This document shows, piece after piece, positions 59,889 to 64,000 of a DNA stretch of 64,000 nucleotides. Positions within the stretch are counted from its first letter, which is position 1. Every line of letters begins with the position of its first letter. The stretch comes from Candidatus Bathyarchaeia archaeon (lineage in GTDB: Archaea > Thermoproteota > Bathyarchaeia > Bathyarchaeales > Bathycorpusculaceae). The translations under genes and the position numbers were made by a program. The notes under the pieces are model-generated. The model was given only the letters and a program-made list of their open reading frames with translations, was not told where the DNA came from and did not search any database. The stretch is from positions 11,743-75,742 of the forward strand of contig JBMFOB010000004.1 of NCBI GenBank assembly GCA_049969855.1. The letters are read 5' to 3'.

Positions 59889-60854
59889 TTATTCGAGAAC
59901 TTCTATTGAATCAACTTTTCCGTCGCCGTCCAAATCAAATCCCTGAATTACCGTTGCAAAAGAGTCCTTGCTATCATAACCCTTTAGGGTTTTTTTCCAA
60001 AAGTTTGTTAAGGCTAAGACGCATGCTTTTGTTCCTACCGCTTTGTTTCCAGCTAAAACTATAATCCACTTACTCTTATCCCATGGGTTCGCAATTTTTG
60101 CTATTAATCCAGCAGCATCTGCTGTGTAAACGTTTGAGGTTTTTCTTGAAACTAAACCGCCGAAGAGGAAGCCTTGCTCTGATGGTTGCATGTTAAACCT
60201 TATTGGCAAATAATCATTCAACTCTTGCGTTAAGAGGTTTGTTCCTGGTCCACCAACGAGGATTAGGTTGTTTTTCTCTTCTTTTTCTGCTTTTACGTCG
60301 ACGTCAAGTTTTATGGCGAAGTCTTCTGGCATTTTTGCGAACTGTCCCAAAAAGAAAGTTAAATGCGAAGCGTAGTGTCCGTCTCTTGCGCTTGTTTTGA
60401 AGGGTCCGTGAGGCGTTGGGCTTCCAACAACTATTTTTCCTTCGAATGTTCCGTCCTCTTTTATGAATCCCTCAAAGAATTTTTGGGTTCTTTCATCCAT
60501 GCTTAAAAGCGAAACTTTCTCAATTGTTTTGTATTCTTGGGGAAGTTCTATCCCAAAGGCTGGCGAAACAGCCTTGTAATATTTTGCTATGGCTCCCTTC
60601 TTTTCTTCTTCTTTTACTATGGTTATGGCTCCAGCCTTCGCCAACTTCCTTATGTGGTAATAGACTTTTTGTTCATGGATGCCGAGTTTTTTAGCTATTT
60701 CCAGTGGGTACATTTCCTCTTCAGAGAGCATGACTAAAATTTTCCAGCTAAGCCTGTTCAAAATCATTTTTAGCTTTTGGGGGTCTTCAATTATGGCTAT
60801 TTCTTTTACTTTTTGCTTTTTTCCTTCTTCGTGGAGTAATAGTTTTTTGTTCAT
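59889..60854 (-). CDS. ArsR-like HTH regulator with C-terminal alpha/beta domain
   Basis: YP.EIAKKLG..EQKVYYHI.KL..AG HTH; C-terminal NLILVGGP.TN, LAG....GT. Confidence 0.8.
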   Translation of the reverse strand: MNKKLLLHEEGKKQKVKEIAIIEDPQKLKMILNRLSWKILVMLSEEEMYPLEIAKKLGIHEQKVYYHIRKLAKAGAITIVKEEEKKGAIAKYYKAVSPAFGIELPQEYKTIEKVSLLSMDERTQKFFEGFIKEDGTFEGKIVVGSPTPHGPFKTSARDGHYASHLTFFLGQFAKMPEDFAIKLDVDVKAEKEEKNNLILVGGPGTNLLTQELNDYLPIRFNMQPSEQGFLFGGLVSRKTSNVYTADAAGLIAKIANPWDKSKWIIVLAGNKAVGTKACVLALTNFWKKTLKGYDSKDSFATVIQGFDLDGDGKVDSIEVLE

Positions 60855-61130
60855 GGCTTTTCATAAGCATAAAGCGTAATCCATTATTAAAATTTTTATT
60901 ACGGTGACCGAATAAGAGCCTAAGAGAATTTTTAGACCAAAAAGTTTGCTAAACCATGTGTATTATAAAAAATTTTTTAAAGCTTTAACAAAAAATAAAC
61001 CAATTTACGCCTAAAATATGCGCCCTAAGGCGGAATTATTCTTAAAAAATTTTTAGAACTCGAAATTTATTCCTAAAAAAGCTTATTACTTTCAGAAAGC
61101 CTTGAATAAAGCTTGCAAAGAGGCTTAGTG

Positions 61131-62960
61131 ATGTGCGGAATTTTCGGCTGCATACTAAAAGATGGAAAGGCTGCTCCAGTAATCCACGCGGCTTTGAAAA
61201 GGCTCGAGTATAGAGGCTATGATTCGGTTGGAGAAGCAACCATACACGATGGCAATCTCCACATAAAAAAGGATCAGGGAAAAATTGAAGAAGTTGACAA
61301 AATCCACAACTTGGATGATTTGCCTGGAAACATTGGCATTGGGCATACAAGGTGGGCTACGCATGGTGCGCCTTTGCAGGTTAATGCGCATCCTCATTTG
61401 GATTGCAGTGGACAAATAGCCATTGTTCATAATGGTATTATAGAAAATTTTGCTGAATTGAAACTCGAGTTGGAGAACCGCGGTCACATTTTCAAGTCAA
61501 AGACAGACACGGAAGTGGCAGCGCATCTTATTGAAGAAATTTTGAAGACAAATCCCACTTTAAGCCTCGCCGACGCCGTTCTTGAAGCCGTGAAAAGACT
61601 TGATGGTTCCTATGCCATTGCCGTAATTTCACCCAAAGAGCCAAACAAAATAATATGCGCAAGACATGAAAGCCCATTAGTCGTTGGCATAAATGAAAAT
61701 GCAATTTACTGCGCTTCAGACATTCCAGCGTTTCTGCCACTGACCAACAAGGCAGTCATAATCGATGATGGAGAGCTTGTTACGCTTTCTTTGGAAGGTT
61801 TTGAAATTAGGAAAATTGCTGATTCCAGCCTTGTTGTGCGCGAGCCAAAACTCATTGATTGGACGCCTGAGATGGCTGTAAAACAGGGTTATCCGCATTT
61901 TATGCTTAAGGAAATTCATGAACAATCAGCCACTTTGCGGAACACCTTAAGATTGCAGGAGCATTATCTTGATTTGATGGCAACTTTTCTCGACCGAGCC
62001 CGCGAAGTCTATTTAGTGGCTTGTGGAACATCTTACCACGCATGTTTGGCTGCTTCTTACATGTTTTCTAAACTTGCCTTTTTGGCAACCTATCCAGTTA
62101 TAGCCTCAGAATTTATTGAGCAGCATGGAAAATCAGTCAACATTGACAGCACAATTTTAGCAGTAAGCCAATCTGGCGAGACGGCGGACACTTTGGCGGC
62201 TGTTAACTGTGCACGGCAGAGGGCGGCAACAATTCTTGGGTTAACCAATGTTATCGGTTCAACTTTGACAAGGGTTTCAAGGGTTTACATTGGTCAGCAG
62301 TCGGGTCCAGAAATTGGAGTGGCGGCAACAAAAACTTTCACTTCTCAACTTTCTGTTCTTGCTCAACTAGCCCTAAGACTTGCCAAAAAAAGAGGCAAAG
62401 TTTCACAGGATGAAATGGATTATTTGGCTGAAAAAATGGAGAAGCTACCTGACACTGTTGAAACAATACTCCAAACACGAGAGGAAAAAGTGAAACAAAT
62501 CGCAAAAAAATACAAAGACGCCAAAACATTCTTTTTCTTGGGACGTGGAATAAGCACAGCCACAGCCTACGAGGGCAGACTGAAACTTATGGAAATCGCC
62601 TACGTTCCAGCCATAGCCTTCCCAGCCGGCGAAAGCAAGCACGGTCCAATAAGCCTCATAGAACCCGGCTTTCCAGTTGTCTTTATCTGTCCAAAGGATG
62701 AGACTCACAAAATTATAGTTGGGAACATAATGGAGATGAAAGCCAGAGGTGCCTCAATAATAGCGGTTATGGAGGAAGGCGACGAGGAGATAAAAAGTTT
62801 GGCAGACGATTGGATTGAAATGCCTAAGGGGATTCCTGAGGTTTTATCGCCAATACCTTACATAATTCCGTTGCAGCTTTTAGCCTATTACATGGCTGTT
62901 GAAAGGGGACACAATCCAGACATGCCTAGAAACTTGGCGAAATCTGTCACGGTGAAATAA
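61131..62960 (+). CDS. glmS: Glutamine--fructose-6-phosphate aminotransferase
   Basis: MCGIFG start, [40 protein letters not shown]. Confidence 0.97.
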   Translation: MCGIFGCILKDGKAAPVIHAALKRLEYRGYDSVGEATIHDGNLHIKKDQGKIEEVDKIHNLDDLPGNIGIGHTRWATHGAPLQVNAHPHLDCSGQIAIVHNGIIENFAELKLELENRGHIFKSKTDTEVAAHLIEEILKTNPTLSLADAVLEAVKRLDGSYAIAVISPKEPNKIICARHESPLVVGINENAIYCASDIPAFLPLTNKAVIIDDGELVTLSLEGFEIRKIADSSLVVREPKLIDWTPEMAVKQGYPHFMLKEIHEQSATLRNTLRLQEHYLDLMATFLDRAREVYLVACGTSYHACLAASYMFSKLAFLATYPVIASEFIEQHGKSVNIDSTILAVSQSGETADTLAAVNCARQRAATILGLTNVIGSTLTRVSRVYIGQQSGPEIGVAATKTFTSQLSVLAQLALRLAKKRGKVSQDEMDYLAEKMEKLPDTVETILQTREEKVKQIAKKYKDAKTFFFLGRGISTATAYEGRLKLMEIAYVPAIAFPAGESKHGPISLIEPGFPVVFICPKDETHKIIVGNIMEMKARGASIIAVMEEGDEEIKSLADDWIEMPKGIPEVLSPIPYIIPLQLLAYYMAVERGHNPDMPRNLAKSVTVK

Positions 62961-63033
62961 TTTTTATTCATGTTCTGATTGGATGAAATATGTTAAAAGC
63001 ATCCTTTGCAATTATTCATTTGGTGCTATAAAA

Positions 63034-63739
63034 TTGGAGAGAAAGGAATGGGAAAAACTCATTGAAAACCTAATAAGGGAAGGCATCCTCCGCTCGCCAA
63101 AAGTCATAAAAGCCATGCGTTCAGTGCCCCGTGCAAAGTTTCTTCCAGAGAATATGCAGTCTTACAGTGCTGTGGACACGCCGCTTCCAATTGGTTTTGG
63201 GCAGACAATTTCGGCGCCACATAGCCACGCATTTGCGGGCTAGGCGAAACATGGTTTCAATAATGAATGAAGCCCTTCAATTGGAAATCGGCCAAAAAGT
63301 GTTGGAAATTGGGGCGGGTTCAGGGTGGCACGCTGCCACCATAGCTGAGATAGTTGCCTCCAGCGATGCGCCGAGAAGCGAGTGGGGTCACGTTTACACT
63401 GTTGAAATAATTCAAGGGTTGGCTGAGTTTGCAAGGAAAAACGTTATTAATAATGGATATGGCGACCGTGTAACCATAATATGCGCAGACGGTTCTATGG
63501 GTTATCCTGAAAAGGCTCCCTACGACAGAATTCTTGTTACGGCTGCTGCGCCAGATGTTCCAAAACCCTTAATTGAACAGTTAAAACCCAATGGAATAAT
63601 GCTAATCCCAATTGGAAGCATATCGCTATTCCAAAGCCTCATAAAAATTACGAAAGGCGCTAATGGAAAACTCAAAGAAGAAAACCTGGGCGGAGTAGCT
63701 TTCGTGCCACTAACTGGACGTTATGGACACAATTTTTAG
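63034..63739 (+). CDS. pcm: Protein-L-isoaspartate O-methyltransferase, split gene: join(63034..63220,63249..63739), 225 aa
   Basis: Exon 1 ...VPR..F...PLPIG.GQTISAP; exon 2 (H)[14 protein letters not shown]...APYDRI.VTAAA...FVPL; the two frames differ and are joined by removing 28 nt. Confidence 0.9.
63221..63248 (+). other. Putative bulge-helix-bulge intron (28 nt) in pcm mRNA
   Basis: Central helix CGCC(63215-18)/GGCG(63243-46), 3-nt bulges ACA(63219-21) and AAA(63247-49), intron stem TAGCC/GGCTA; excision restores the frame. Confidence 0.85.
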
Positions 63740-63741
63740 CA

Positions 63742-64000
63742 CTAAATTACTGGCTCAAATCTTGCAGTGAAATGTCCAAGAAATTTAGGGGCATAAACAC
63801 GTCTTAAGCCCTTTATCTGCCCTCTCTTCTTGTAAAGTCTTATCAAACTTTCAGCTACATAACGCAGGTGATTATCAGTGTACATTCTCCTTGGAATAGA
63901 AAGCCGCACCAGCTCCATACGGGCTGGCAAAAACTTTCCAGTTTTCTCGTCAACTTTCCCGAAACATGAGCTGCCAATCTCCACAGCCCTAACCCCTGGT
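63742..64000 (-). CDS. tnaA: Tryptophanase / tyrosine phenol-lyase, 3' end (runs off window)
   Basis: GVRAVEIGS, ELVRL.IPRR.YT..H, L.HFTARF. Confidence 0.8.
   Translation of the reverse strand, partial: PGVRAVEIGSSCFGKVDEKTGKFLPARMELVRLSIPRRMYTDNHLRYVAESLIRLYKKRGQIKGLRRVYAPKFLGHFTARFEPVI

Noticed and set aside
61000-61130. glmS ribozyme
   Set aside because: The region is A/T-rich with no recognisable ribozyme core; that RNA is known from bacteria.
63221-63250. pcm break as a simple sequencing frameshift, programmed frameshift or TAG read-through (Pyl)
   Set aside because: There are 28 extra nucleotides inside an otherwise invariant motif. Read-through stays in the wrong frame, and a 1-nt slip would leave about 9 foreign residues in the motif. 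No slippery run is present.
1-64000. tRNA, rRNA, CRISPR arrays, transposases or integrases
   Set aside because: None recognised by eye; intergenic gaps are short and lack cloverleaf or repeat-spacer patterns. A tRNAscan/Infernal run would be needed to be certain.

Overview
Gene-dense archaeal chromosomal segment (~40% GC by eye), most consistent with Bathyarchaeia (TACK). This is inferred from rps17e/rps25e/rps26e, Rpo6, an archaeal histone, thermosome, tetraether synthase, HdrABC, CofE and an arcadin-1-like gene. Content is mostly housekeeping and metabolic, with an Hdr-Acd-Etf-Kor redox cluster, a kinase-ATPase-TPR protein and small decayed accessory patches (restriction-modification remnant, broken VapC). 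I saw no tRNA, rRNA, CRISPR array or transposase. The standout observation is an apparent 28-nt bulge-helix-bulge (BHB) intron (63221-63248) inside the protein-coding pcm gene: cutting at the canonical BHB positions exactly restores the conserved QTISAPHMV motif and the reading frame. Other notable signals are two probable ACG start codons and a trpB2 gene coupled to a ParB/Srx-fold putative serine kinase. Product calls come from motif recognition without database searches. Several starts were adjusted from the ORF track using RBS position and family N-termini.
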